64,000 bases of DNA, taken from a virus (Duplodnaviria; Heunggongvirae; Uroviricota; Caudoviricetes). The notes beneath the pieces were generated by a model. It was not told where the DNA came from and searched no databases. It worked only from the letters and a program-made list of their open reading frames with translations. The stretch covers positions 12,916 to 76,915 of the IMG/VR virus record IMGVR_UViG_3300032155_000026; one strand, 5' to 3'. A program made the position numbers and the translations under genes. Positions 45,038 through 53,328 of this stretch are shown piece by piece (position 1 is the first letter of the stretch; every line of letters starts with the position of its first letter).

Positions 45038-45266
45038 CGTTGACAGCGAACGGTGCCTGGACTATGTGAAAGGCACTTCCCACAGTTGGTCTGTACCACA
45101 GGCCACGCGCCCACCTGGTGCCCGCCGGGTGGGCGCACTTCTTTGTCGGATAACGACGAGCATATTTGACGCCTCCAGAGTTTTTGGAGCGTTCCCCATC
45201 CCTTCCATAAGACCACCGACGTTCGTGTGAAAAGTCATCGCACCCAAGCGTTTACGAGAAACGCCT

Positions 45267-45284
45267 GGTGCAATCGATTGCAGC
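45267..45284. repeat. palindrome copy 15, variant ...GCAGc
   Basis: Intergenic, upstream of gene 45377. Confidence 0.8.
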
Positions 45285-45376
45285 GTCCGCGTGTTTTGTG
45301 CGCACGGCGTCTTGCGCTATCCTCTTCCCATCAAGAAAAACGTCGGTAGACCGACGACAGACAGCTGGGAGGACTT

Positions 45377-45961
45377 ATGGAAAGGGCCAAGCAGGACAGG
45401 ACGTGGCAGCTCATGATGGACCAGATACGCGGGCTCTGCGGAAGGATCGGCGTAGGGCCGATGGACCTCGCCACGCTGCGCGAGATCCACAAGCAGCGCT
45501 GGAATCTGGTCGACGTGGTGCGCGTGTTCCGCCCGCTGACCGCGGAAGAGACCGAGTTTCTCGCGTGGTACTGCGCGATTGACGAGTGGTGCCGCGAGCA
45601 GTGCGAGCGTCTGACCTCGATGGGGTACGAGGAGTACGGGCAGGTCGAGAACGGCTTCGAGGTCAGGCTGATCAACGACCTCGCTGTTACGCTGCTGGGG
45701 TTTTTCTGGGACTGTCTCATCGACATCCTCGAGCCGCGCGACGCCGTGGCGCTGTACGGTCCCGGAACCATTTCGTTCGGGTTCCTGCCCGACGGGCAGC
45801 TGGTCGTGGCTTTCCGGAAGCCGGATCGCGCGGCCGACGCGGCCGCAGCTGGCGCCGGCATGCCCGACGCGCGGGCGCTCGCTATTCTCGCGCGCGCTCT
45901 CGGCGTCGCGGCCAACGGGCCCTCCCAGGAGGAAGCCGACACCCCGCACATCGTGCACTAG
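45377..45961 (+). CDS. hypothetical protein
   Basis: Track ORF; globular composition. Confidence 0.55.
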   Translation: MERAKQDRTWQLMMDQIRGLCGRIGVGPMDLATLREIHKQRWNLVDVVRVFRPLTAEETEFLAWYCAIDEWCREQCERLTSMGYEEYGQVENGFEVRLINDLAVTLLGFFWDCLIDILEPRDAVALYGPGTISFGFLPDGQLVVAFRKPDRAADAAAAGAGMPDARALAILARALGVAANGPSQEEADTPHIVH

Positions 45962-45972
45962 GAGGGGGGCGC

Positions 45973-47132
45973 ATGCACGTAGCAGTTCTTGTCATCTACA
46001 ACCCGGAGGAGCAGTCGCTGGAAGACGCGCTGCTTCCCTTCCATGAATTCGAGTGCACGGGCAACGAAGCCTACGTCGAGGATATCGACGTTACTGAGGA
46101 GCGGCTGGCGGAATACGAGGCTAGCGAGGATGACATGATCCGGCTCGCCGACGGAACACTGGCCGACCCGTGGGATTGGGACGGCCCTGTTATCGTCAGG
46201 CCACGCCGGAAGAGATCGCGGCTATCGAGGACCGTACCTTTAAGGGCTCGTACCGACGTGCAGCCGACGACATACGTGTCGGGTGTACGCCCCCTGGCAG
46301 CGAGAAGGCCCGTTTCAAGACGTCCGATCGTCTGTCCTTCCTGGAGTGGCTCGAGGACACCTATGGCGCGGCGGTGGTGAGTCCTGGCGAGAAGCCGGAC
46401 ATCGCCAACGACGCCAAATACGGCTATGCGCGGGTCGACGGGGACGGAAACGTCTTGCAGGTGATCCGCAGGACAAACCCGAACTCTCGGTGGGACGGGT
46501 GGGCTCTCGGGGGCCGCTGGCCAGACATGCTGGTCGTCAAGATGAACGCGCCGCACGAGCGCGGCCGCAGCCTCGGACGTGCGCGCTCCGAACCAGATCC
46601 GGAGCTTGAGGAAGACGGCCGCATCGCCTGCGATGCAGCGCCGGCTGGCCAGATCGACTGGGAGTACATGCACCTGCTGGAGCGGCGCAAAGCGGAGCGT
46701 ACGTGGGACGCTGATCAGGAGCGACTGCGTGAGCAGGAGCGCAAGCTCCTTGCTGACGGGCAGACGTGGGAGTCCTTGATGGCTGCGGACTCTTCGGATG
46801 TGCGCGACAGGTTTGAGGGGGCCTGTCGCGCCTACGGTCTGACTCCCGACGTTGACGTCTACAGGCGTTGGCGGTTGAGCTGCACTGGTTTCTTCTGGAT
46901 TCTCGGCGTCAACCTCATGAAGTGCCCGACGAAGGAGAAGCTCGTGGCCGCGCAGGAGGTGCCCGTAACGTACGCGGTCGTCAAGGATGGCGAGTGGCAC
47001 ACGAAGAGCGCGGGCGGGTTGTTCGACCAGGACGCTGACGCCGCGTGCCGGGACTGGCAGGAGCGTTTTCAGGAGCTGCTCGAGGACGTCCCGCCTGACT
47101 GGATGATCGCAGTCGTTGACTGCCACTACTAA
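45973..47132 (+). pseudogene. hypothetical protein with apparent -1 frame change near 46170-46190 (or two overlapping genes)
   Basis: Frame-1 ORF from ATG 45973 is protein-like only to about 46188. Frame-0 ORF 46170..47132 is protein-like throughout but lacks an RBS. Confidence 0.35.
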
Positions 47133-47189
47133 GCGAACGGCCTCGGCAACGGGGCCGTTCCTTTTTTCAGCAATTCCGAGATTTTAGGT

Positions 47190-47217
47190 TTGACCACCGG
47201 CAGTCTTTTGCTACACT
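47190..47217 (+). promoter_or_regulatory. promoter module D (TTGACC-N16-TACACT), 6 nt before conserved ATGGAAATCATTCAACAAA
   Basis: Fourth copy of the module. Here the conserved ATG is out of frame with the downstream gene 47357. Confidence 0.5.
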
Positions 47218-47275
47218 GAAGTCATGGAAATCATTCAACAAATGACGGAATACCAGCCCCAGGCGAGAGACAGCC

Positions 47276-47293
47276 GGTGCAATCGATTGCACC
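47276..47293. repeat. palindrome copy 16 (perfect 18; 24-bp near-palindrome)
   Basis: Between promoter module D and ATG 47357. Confidence 0.9.
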
Positions 47294-47356
47294 AGCCACC
47301 GCAGGGGCATCGGGCGGGCACCCGAGGGACGCCGTCGCACCTGTGGGAGGTTCCTC

Positions 47357-47611
47357 ATGACCATGGTCGCTTCAGTCAAATCTCTGGCACCTGACCCGCA
47401 CGAGACCTACGCCATCCTCAAGAACGGCGTCGGGAAGTGGGAGTGCACCTGCCCTGCCTACAAATTCACGAAGCCCGACGCGAAGGGGAGGAAGTTCCCC
47501 TGCAAGCACCTGCGGGCGGCCTGGACCTTCGGCCAGAAGCTGAAGAAGGACGGCCAGCCGGCCGGCTTCGACGGCAACGCGATCGTAATCTTCGATTCCA
47601 GCAAATTCTAA
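47357..47611 (+). CDS. SWIM-type zinc-finger small protein
   Basis: CTCPAYKF...CKH (CxC-x(n)-CxH) motif. GGGAGG RBS. Confidence 0.55.
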   Translation: MTMVASVKSLAPDPHETYAILKNGVGKWECTCPAYKFTKPDAKGRKFPCKHLRAAWTFGQKLKKDGQPAGFDGNAIVIFDSSKF

Positions 47612-47658
47612 GGGCGTGGTGGGGGAGCCGCCGGCTCCTCCCCAGCGAGGAGTACGAC

Positions 47659-47895
47659 ATGAACGTCAGCGAATCCAAAGAGCTCAAGGGGTACGTGGAG
47701 ATCGACGGCAGGGTGCCGGCCTGGGAAAACCCGACGCAGGGATGGAAGCTGGAGAACAGGGTGACCACCCACCTGCTCGGGGGGTGCTATGGCATCGACA
47801 AGGTGGTCAAGACCGTCCCGCACCCGCAGCAGCCGCGCAAGTGGACGCTGAAGGTGATGACGCACAAGGAAGTCCTGTATTTCGGATTGCGGTAA
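47659..47895 (+). CDS. hypothetical protein
   Basis: GAGGAGTACGAC-ATG. Confidence 0.45.
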   Translation: MNVSESKELKGYVEIDGRVPAWENPTQGWKLENRVTTHLLGGCYGIDKVVKTVPHPQQPRKWTLKVMTHKEVLYFGLR

Positions 47896-47909
47896 AGAGG
47901 AGCCATTCG

Positions 47910-48194
47910 ATGAACATGCGCGAATTTGCACAGCTGCTCACACGCCTGTAGAACGAGGACCTGGAAAAAGCCAGGGCGGTACTGCACGAGGAGCAGCGCA
48001 GGCGGCAGCGGCTGCTGCGCCACGAGTTCTCTGTGGGGGACCGGGTGTCCTTCGACTACAAGGGCCAGCGTCACAGCGGAACGATCAGCAGGCTGAACGA
48101 CATGACTGCCACCGTGGACGTTGATAGCCCGCGCCGGCTGTCCGGGCGTGTCGCATTCGAGTTCCTGCACAAGCAAAACGGGAGGACCGCATGA
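47910..48194 (+). CDS. small protein interrupted by an in-frame TAG at 47949-47951
   Basis: Strong RBS AAAGAGGAG 7 nt before ATG 47910. 13 codons, then TAG, then 80 in-frame protein-like codons ending in ATGA overlap with the next gene. Confidence 0.3.
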
Positions 48195-48406
48195 GCAACA
48201 AATTCGACGAGAGCAAGATGGTGGTGCTCGCGCGCAAGGAAGTCGGCAACGGCCTGACCGTCGAGGTCTACCGCTATGCTGACCACGAGCCGTCCGTCCG
48301 CGTGCTCAAGGGCGGGTTCAAGCTGACCAATTTCCGCGCGGCCGACGTGCCCGGCATCACGGCGGCGATGACCGAGGCCGTGCACGACCTGCGTGTCGGA
48401 GCGTAG
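48191..48406 (+). CDS. hypothetical protein
   Basis: GGGAGGACCGC-ATG. Confidence 0.5.
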   Translation: MSNKFDESKMVVLARKEVGNGLTVEVYRYADHEPSVRVLKGGFKLTNFRAADVPGITAAMTEAVHDLRVGA

Positions 48407-48407
48407 C

Positions 48408-48758
48408 ATGCGGGGGCGCATCAAGATCACGCGACACAAGAGAGGCAAAGCGACGCTGTCTGGAATTCCTTTCCAAGACCTACGGAGCCTTCTCACGGCG
48501 GCGTCGCTGTGGCGGCACGAGCATGGCGAAAAGCCTGACGACTTCGCCGATACGGTGGCGTGGCACAGACGTCAGCGCGCTATCCTAGACATGTGTGAAC
48601 AGGCCGTGGATCGCGCGATCGACGAGGCAAATGGCCGAACACGCATGCCGCTGACGCGCGAGGCACGTTTGGAGGCCGTCCGGCAAAGCCGGCGCATCAG
48701 GCAACAGCTCGCCGCCATTCATGCTCGGTACACGGCGATCGTGGCCGAGGAGCTGTAA
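48408..48758 (+). CDS. hypothetical basic protein
   Basis: TAGCATG stop/start arrangement (track start 48393). Confidence 0.45.
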   Translation: MRGRIKITRHKRGKATLSGIPFQDLRSLLTAASLWRHEHGEKPDDFADTVAWHRRQRAILDMCEQAVDRAIDEANGRTRMPLTREARLEAVRQSRRIRQQLAAIHARYTAIVAEEL

Positions 48759-48759
48759 C

Positions 48760-48948
48760 ATGCGTGCTTACGGAACGCCCGGAGTTCGGACGGCCAGACA
48801 AGACCCTGCCACCGGCGAGTGGTTCTATCGGGGCCACTGGTACGAGAGCAGGGAGGACCTCTACGACGCGTACCAGGCGGAAGAGGACGCCAAGATCGAT
48901 CGGTATGAGGCAGACCGGGAAGATTTCCGGTCGGGAGCGATTGAATGA
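48760..48948 (+). CDS. small hypothetical protein
   Basis: ATG 48760 immediately after the upstream stop. Confidence 0.4.
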   Translation: MRAYGTPGVRTARQDPATGEWFYRGHWYESREDLYDAYQAEEDAKIDRYEADREDFRSGAIE

Positions 48949-49160
48949 GCAACGAAGTCGTCAAGGCCCTGGAGAACGTGAAGTTGCTGGCCAAAGAGAT
49001 CGGGGTGCGCGCCGTGCGCATGCCGCACAGCCGTTGTGTCCGCGTGGTTGGCGCGCCTACGGCCCTGGACGAGGTCCGGGAGGACGTGTTGGCGACGTAC
49101 GGCCGGCGCGCCCGGTTTCTGCAACCGGATGACCACACGCTGATCGTGTCCCTGCAATAG
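48945..49160 (+). CDS. hypothetical protein
   Basis: ATGA overlap; followed by a CGCGAAC-aagc-GTTCGCG hairpin. Confidence 0.45.
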   Translation: MSNEVVKALENVKLLAKEIGVRAVRMPHSRCVRVVGAPTALDEVREDVLATYGRRARFLQPDDHTLIVSLQ

Positions 49161-49372
49161 CCCGCGAACAAGCGTTCGCGACGTCGGCCCTGGGCGGCAA
49201 CGCCTGGGGCCATGCCGTTTGTGGCGCCAAAACGACGAGCATATCTGGCGTCTCCCGAGTCCTGAGCCTGCCGCCCTTACCACCCATTGTCCACACGACG
49301 ATTCACTTTGACAGAAAAAAGTTGGTCGCGGTCTTGACGGCGACGCGTCGCTTTTTCTGATCTGGGTAGCGA

Positions 49373-49390
49373 AGTGCAATCGATTGCACC
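49373..49390. repeat. palindrome copy 17
   Basis: Just upstream of the head-module gene start at 49402. Confidence 0.9.
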
Positions 49391-49401
49391 GGGAGTATCG
49401 T

Positions 49402-49989
49402 GTGGAAGTGTCGCGTACGCTGAAATCCGTGAGCCTGGAGGGCGGCTACCATTACGTCTATGGCGTGGTGTACTCGCCCCTGCAGGTCGACACGGACTGG
49501 GAGACGATGACCCAGGCGGACATCGTCAAAATGGCGCACGAGTTCCTCGCCGAGGGCAGGACGACGAACATCGACGTGATGCACGATAACCAGGTCAGCG
49601 GCGCTGCCGTAGTCGAGTCGTTCATCGCACGGAAGGGAGACCCGGACTACCCCGAAGGGGCCTGGGTGCTCGGAGTCAGGATTCCAGAGGGTCCGCTCTG
49701 GGAGGCCGTGCAGAAGGGCGTGCTCAATGGGTTCAGTGTCGAGGCTTCGGTACTGAAGGTGCCGAAGAAGGTTCTGGTGGACCTGGTGCGCATAGCGCTT
49801 GGCGAGACAGAAATGAGCACCGCCGGGGAGATCGCGCCGCACAAGCATCACTACTACCTGGAGTTCGACGCGAACGGGGTGGTGACGCTGGGCGTGACCG
49901 ACGAGGTGCTCGGGCACATCCACCAGATCGGCGGGACGACCGCCACGGATCTGGCCGATGGGCACAGCCACAGGTTTTTCGTGGAGTAA
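49402..49989 (+). CDS. hypothetical protein at the start of the head module
   Basis: GTG after GGGAG. Immediately upstream of the scaffold-like gene. His-rich C-terminus (HKHHYY...GHIHQIGG...GHSHRF). Confidence 0.45.
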   Translation: MEVSRTLKSVSLEGGYHYVYGVVYSPLQVDTDWETMTQADIVKMAHEFLAEGRTTNIDVMHDNQVSGAAVVESFIARKGDPDYPEGAWVLGVRIPEGPLWEAVQKGVLNGFSVEASVLKVPKKVLVDLVRIALGETEMSTAGEIAPHKHHYYLEFDANGVVTLGVTDEVLGHIHQIGGTTATDLADGHSHRFFVE

Positions 49990-49992
49990 GAA

Positions 49993-51033
49993 ATGAGCAC
50001 CCCCAACAAGCACGTACAGCAGGAGCGGGAAGTGGTGTTCCTGGTTTCGCCGAAGGCACATTTTGTGTCGCTGGTGGGCAGGGGTGCGAACCAGACCCCG
50101 TTTCGCGTCGTGAAAACGCAAGAGAAACAAGGAGACGCGCCCGTGAAAGTTCTGCAGTCCCTCATCGTGCCGGCTGGCATGGACCAGGAAGCCGTGTGCG
50201 GCCTCTTCGACGAGGACGTTCGCGGCGTGCTCAAGTTCGATAAGGCCCTCGGAAACGGCAAGAACACCGTATTCGAGCAGTACGCCCGGTCGGCGTTCAA
50301 GGCCGAGTCCCTGGAGCTGGTGACGCTGGACGAGAAGTCCGGGGTCCTGGCCGTGCGTGGCGAGCTGTCCGACACCGACCAGGGCGGCGTGATCGCCAAG
50401 CTGTTCAAGCCGGTGAAGAAGGCGGAAGCCCTGGAGATCAGCGACGACCTGTCCGCGATGGCCCCGGAGGCTGTGGTCAAGGCCGTGAGCGACGCCGTCT
50501 ATGGCGAGCTGTACCGTGCCTGCGAGGCCAGCCAGATGATCCTGTTCCAGGAGAGCACGCCCGACGTCGACAAGGTGGCGATGGTGCAAAAGCTGCTGCT
50601 CGGCTTCGTCGAGTACCTGACCAGCGTGCTGCCCGTCACCAAGGGTGCGCCGCTGATCAAGCCCGAGCCCGTCGACCAGACCGCCACCCCCAACGAGGAG
50701 CCCGAAATGACCGCCACCAAGGACGAGACCCCCAAGACGCCCGAGCAGCCCCAGGTGGAGCCGGCCGTCGAGACCGTGAAGAGCGACGTTCCCGCTGACC
50801 CGATCGCGGCCCTGACTGCCCTGATCGAGCCGCTGGTGCAGCGCCTCGACGCGGTCGAGAAGGCTGTTGCCTCGGACGTGAACAAGTCCGTGCAGGCCCT
50901 GGCCGAGACCGTGGCCAAGCTGGAGAAGGCTGTCCCGGCGATTCCTTCCAGGGACGCCGACGACGTGGAGAAAACCGAAAAGAGCGACCGCAAGCCCGAC
51001 GTCTTCGCCGGCGTCCTGGGCCTGGGCCGTTAA
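49993..51033 (+). CDS. putative scaffolding protein
   Basis: Acidic, helical, Ala/Glu/Lys-rich. Directly upstream of the major capsid gene. Confidence 0.5.
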   Translation: MSTPNKHVQQEREVVFLVSPKAHFVSLVGRGANQTPFRVVKTQEKQGDAPVKVLQSLIVPAGMDQEAVCGLFDEDVRGVLKFDKALGNGKNTVFEQYARSAFKAESLELVTLDEKSGVLAVRGELSDTDQGGVIAKLFKPVKKAEALEISDDLSAMAPEAVVKAVSDAVYGELYRACEASQMILFQESTPDVDKVAMVQKLLLGFVEYLTSVLPVTKGAPLIKPEPVDQTATPNEEPEMTATKDETPKTPEQPQVEPAVETVKSDVPADPIAALTALIEPLVQRLDAVEKAVASDVNKSVQALAETVAKLEKAVPAIPSRDADDVEKTEKSDRKPDVFAGVLGLGR

Positions 51034-51053
51034 CCCGAGAGGAGAATACCGAC

Positions 51054-51965
51054 ATGAAGCCCAGCAACCGTGACATCGTCGCCAAGGCTGACATCGCCGT
51101 TTCCGATCTGGTGGCCGACGGCGGCTACCTGAACCCCGAGCAGTCCAGCAAGTTCCTCGAGATGGTCTATGACGAGCCGACCCTGCTGCGCGACGTGCGT
51201 CGCGTCTCCATGGCCGGCCCGATCAAGAACATCGACAAGATCGGGTTCGCCTCCCGCATCATGCGCGCCGCGCCCCGCTCCGGCATCCCCCTGGACGCTG
51301 CCGACCGTGCCAAGGCGACCACCGACCAGGTCGTGCTGACCACGAAGGAGGCGATCTGCGAGGTCAACATCCCGTACGACGTGCTCGAGGATAACATCGA
51401 GAAGGGCGGACTCGAGGGCACCATCATGCGCATGATGGCCGCGCGCGCCGCCGTGGACCTGGAAGAGCTCCTGGTCAAGGGTGACACCGCGTCCGCCGAC
51501 GCGTACCTGGCCCTGCAGGACGGCGCCCTGAAGCTGGCCGCCACCCATGCGCTGGACGCGCAGGGCGGCGCCATCGGCAAGGCGGTGTTCAAGGCCGCCA
51601 TGAAGGAAATGCCGTCCAAGTACCGCAACAACCCGTCCACCCTGCGGTTCTACATCTCGCCCAACGCCGAGGTGGACTACCGCGACACCCTGGCCGACCG
51701 ACAGACCGCGACCGGCGACGCCCTGGTCGAGGGCGTGCGCCCCGTCTTCGCCTTCGGCTCCCCCGTGCGCGCGTGTGCGGCCCTGGCGAACAGCCAGCTG
51801 CTGTACACCAACCCGCAGAACCTGATCATGGGCGTGCAGCGTCAGATCATGGTCGAGACCGACAAGGACATCCGTGCGCGGGTGCTGATCATCGTCATGA
51901 CCATGCGCCTGGCCATCGCGGTCGAGGAAGTCGACGCCATCGTGAAGACCACGAACATCGGCTAG
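51054..51965 (+). CDS. major capsid protein (HK97-fold type)
   Basis: 303 aa; ...LRFYISPNAEVDYRDTL... and overall pattern typical of sipho/podovirus MCPs. Strong RBS GAGAGGAGAATACCGAC-ATG. Confidence 0.75.
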   Translation: MKPSNRDIVAKADIAVSDLVADGGYLNPEQSSKFLEMVYDEPTLLRDVRRVSMAGPIKNIDKIGFASRIMRAAPRSGIPLDAADRAKATTDQVVLTTKEAICEVNIPYDVLEDNIEKGGLEGTIMRMMAARAAVDLEELLVKGDTASADAYLALQDGALKLAATHALDAQGGAIGKAVFKAAMKEMPSKYRNNPSTLRFYISPNAEVDYRDTLADRQTATGDALVEGVRPVFAFGSPVRACAALANSQLLYTNPQNLIMGVQRQIMVETDKDIRARVLIIVMTMRLAIAVEEVDAIVKTTNIG

Positions 51966-51977
51966 AACGTCTGACCT

Positions 51978-52001
51978 GGGAGGTCGGGAAACCGGCCTCC
52001 C
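51978..52001 (+). terminator. GC-rich hairpin after the capsid gene (partial terminator/attenuator)
   Basis: GGGAGGTCGGGAAACCGGCCTCCC with a weak U-tract. A related CGGGAAACCGGC hairpin lies at 52626..52644. Confidence 0.3.
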
Positions 52002-52022
52002 TGTTCTCCAAAGGAGGAGAAT

Positions 52023-52268
52023 ATGAGCCTCGCGCGGAACGAATGGGAAAAGATCAAGCTGGCCGTCGTGACCGGCGCCAACGCCGCCACGAACATCGCC
52101 GTGACCGGCATGGCGGCGGAAGACGCCATCATCGGCATCGTGAACCTGACCGACGCCGCGGCCGTGTCGCTGGCCGGGCTCGTGATCACTGACGGCAACT
52201 TCAAGATCACGGCCTCGACCGCCTCGAAGGCGCTCCTCGTCCTGTGGGTCGACAAGAGCGCCGGCTAA
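52023..52268 (+). CDS. small virion-associated hypothetical protein (paralog of next)
   Basis: AAAGGAGGAGAAT-ATG; ends LLVLWVDKSAG. Confidence 0.5.
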   Translation: MSLARNEWEKIKLAVVTGANAATNIAVTGMAAEDAIIGIVNLTDAAAVSLAGLVITDGNFKITASTASKALLVLWVDKSAG

Positions 52269-52280
52269 CCGGAGGATGCC

Positions 52281-52619
52281 ATGACCAAGGAAACCATCGC
52301 TGCCAATTTCGGCCAGGGGGGCGCGAAGCTCAGTGAGCAGGGCGTCGGCGGTCTGCGGGCCATCCTGACCGAGCTGCAGGGGCTGAAGTTCGCCGTCGTG
52401 GCCGGCGCCAACGCCGACACCGGCATCACGCTGATTGGCGCCAAGACCGAGGACACGCTGCTGTTCGTGCTCGGGCTGGACCCCGACAACGCCACCCCGG
52501 CTGACCAGGTGATCGACTGGACGACGGCGTTCGCGATCACGGCCGACGACACGATCAAGGCCGCCACCCAGGCGACCGCCGGGTACGACCTGGTCGTCGT
52601 GTGGCTGGACAAGCGCTAG
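52281..52619 (+). CDS. small virion-associated hypothetical protein (paralog of previous)
   Basis: CGGAGGATGCC-ATG; ends LVVVWLDKR; shared VTGANA/VAGANA core. Confidence 0.5.
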   Translation: MTKETIAANFGQGGAKLSEQGVGGLRAILTELQGLKFAVVAGANADTGITLIGAKTEDTLLFVLGLDPDNATPADQVIDWTTAFAITADDTIKAATQATAGYDLVVVWLDKR

Positions 52620-52654
52620 CGGCCGGCCGGGAAACCGGCTCCGTGAGACTAGAC

Positions 52655-52686
52655 GAGGGCGGGGCAACCCGCCCTCTTTAGTTTGT
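52655..52686 (+). terminator. rho-independent terminator
   Basis: GAGGGCGGG-GCAA-CCCGCCCTC followed by TTTAGTTTGT. Confidence 0.65.
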
Positions 52687-52697
52687 AGGAGGGACGT

Positions 52698-53300
52698 ATG
52701 GCCCTGGATGTGACAGTTGGTGGCGCGGGCTCTGACAGCTACGCGACCGTGGCAGAGGCTGACGCGTATCTCGCTGTAAGGCCCGGATTTGACGTGACCG
52801 CCTGGAGTGAGCTGGACGAAGGCGACAAGGAGCTGCGTCTGCAGTTGGCCACGCAGGTACTGGACACGAAGCTGAAGTTTCGTGGCGTGCGCGCGTGCAA
52901 GACTCAGGCGCTCGCCTGGCCCAGGCTGTTCCCAGGTGACCCACTGTACGCCGAGACGGACGCAGCTGGCGGGCTGGGGCAGGTCTGGGCTGATTGGACG
53001 ACGCTGGAAGACTATGCGGAGCTTGTGGCCGTGGACACTCCCGAGGTCCCGACTGGCGTGAAAAAGGCGCAGATCGAAATCGCCTTCCAGGTCGTGCACA
53101 GCCACCTGCTGACCCTGCAGCCGTTCGCGGACGGGGCTGTCTCAGTGGCGTCCATCGATCTGGACGCGATCTCCGTGACGCTGAAGCAGGAAGAGCGCAA
53201 CCCAGCCAAGCCGTTCAGCAAGGCCGATTTTGACGCAATGTCCATCGTGCGTTTGTACCTGGGGCGCTGGCTGACCGGGTCTCGGATGTCGCTGATCTAG
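52698..53300 (+). CDS. head-tail connector (gp6-like adaptor)
   Basis: SYATVAEADAYL N-terminal motif and position after the capsid genes. Confidence 0.55.
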   Translation: MALDVTVGGAGSDSYATVAEADAYLAVRPGFDVTAWSELDEGDKELRLQLATQVLDTKLKFRGVRACKTQALAWPRLFPGDPLYAETDAAGGLGQVWADWTTLEDYAELVAVDTPEVPTGVKKAQIEIAFQVVHSHLLTLQPFADGAVSVASIDLDAISVTLKQEERNPAKPFSKADFDAMSIVRLYLGRWLTGSRMSLI

Positions 53301-53316
53301 TGCAATCGATTGCACC
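53299..53316. repeat. palindrome copy 18
   Basis: Overlaps the TAG of the connector gene; 13 nt before ATG 53329. Confidence 0.9.
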
Positions 53317-53328
53317 GCGGGAGACGCC

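Noticed and set aside
47224-47394. Leaderless ORF from the conserved ATG of module D (MEIIQQMTEY...)
   Set aside because: It runs through the palindrome and is out of frame with the RBS-equipped gene at 47357. Likely not a real protein, although the module itself is conserved.
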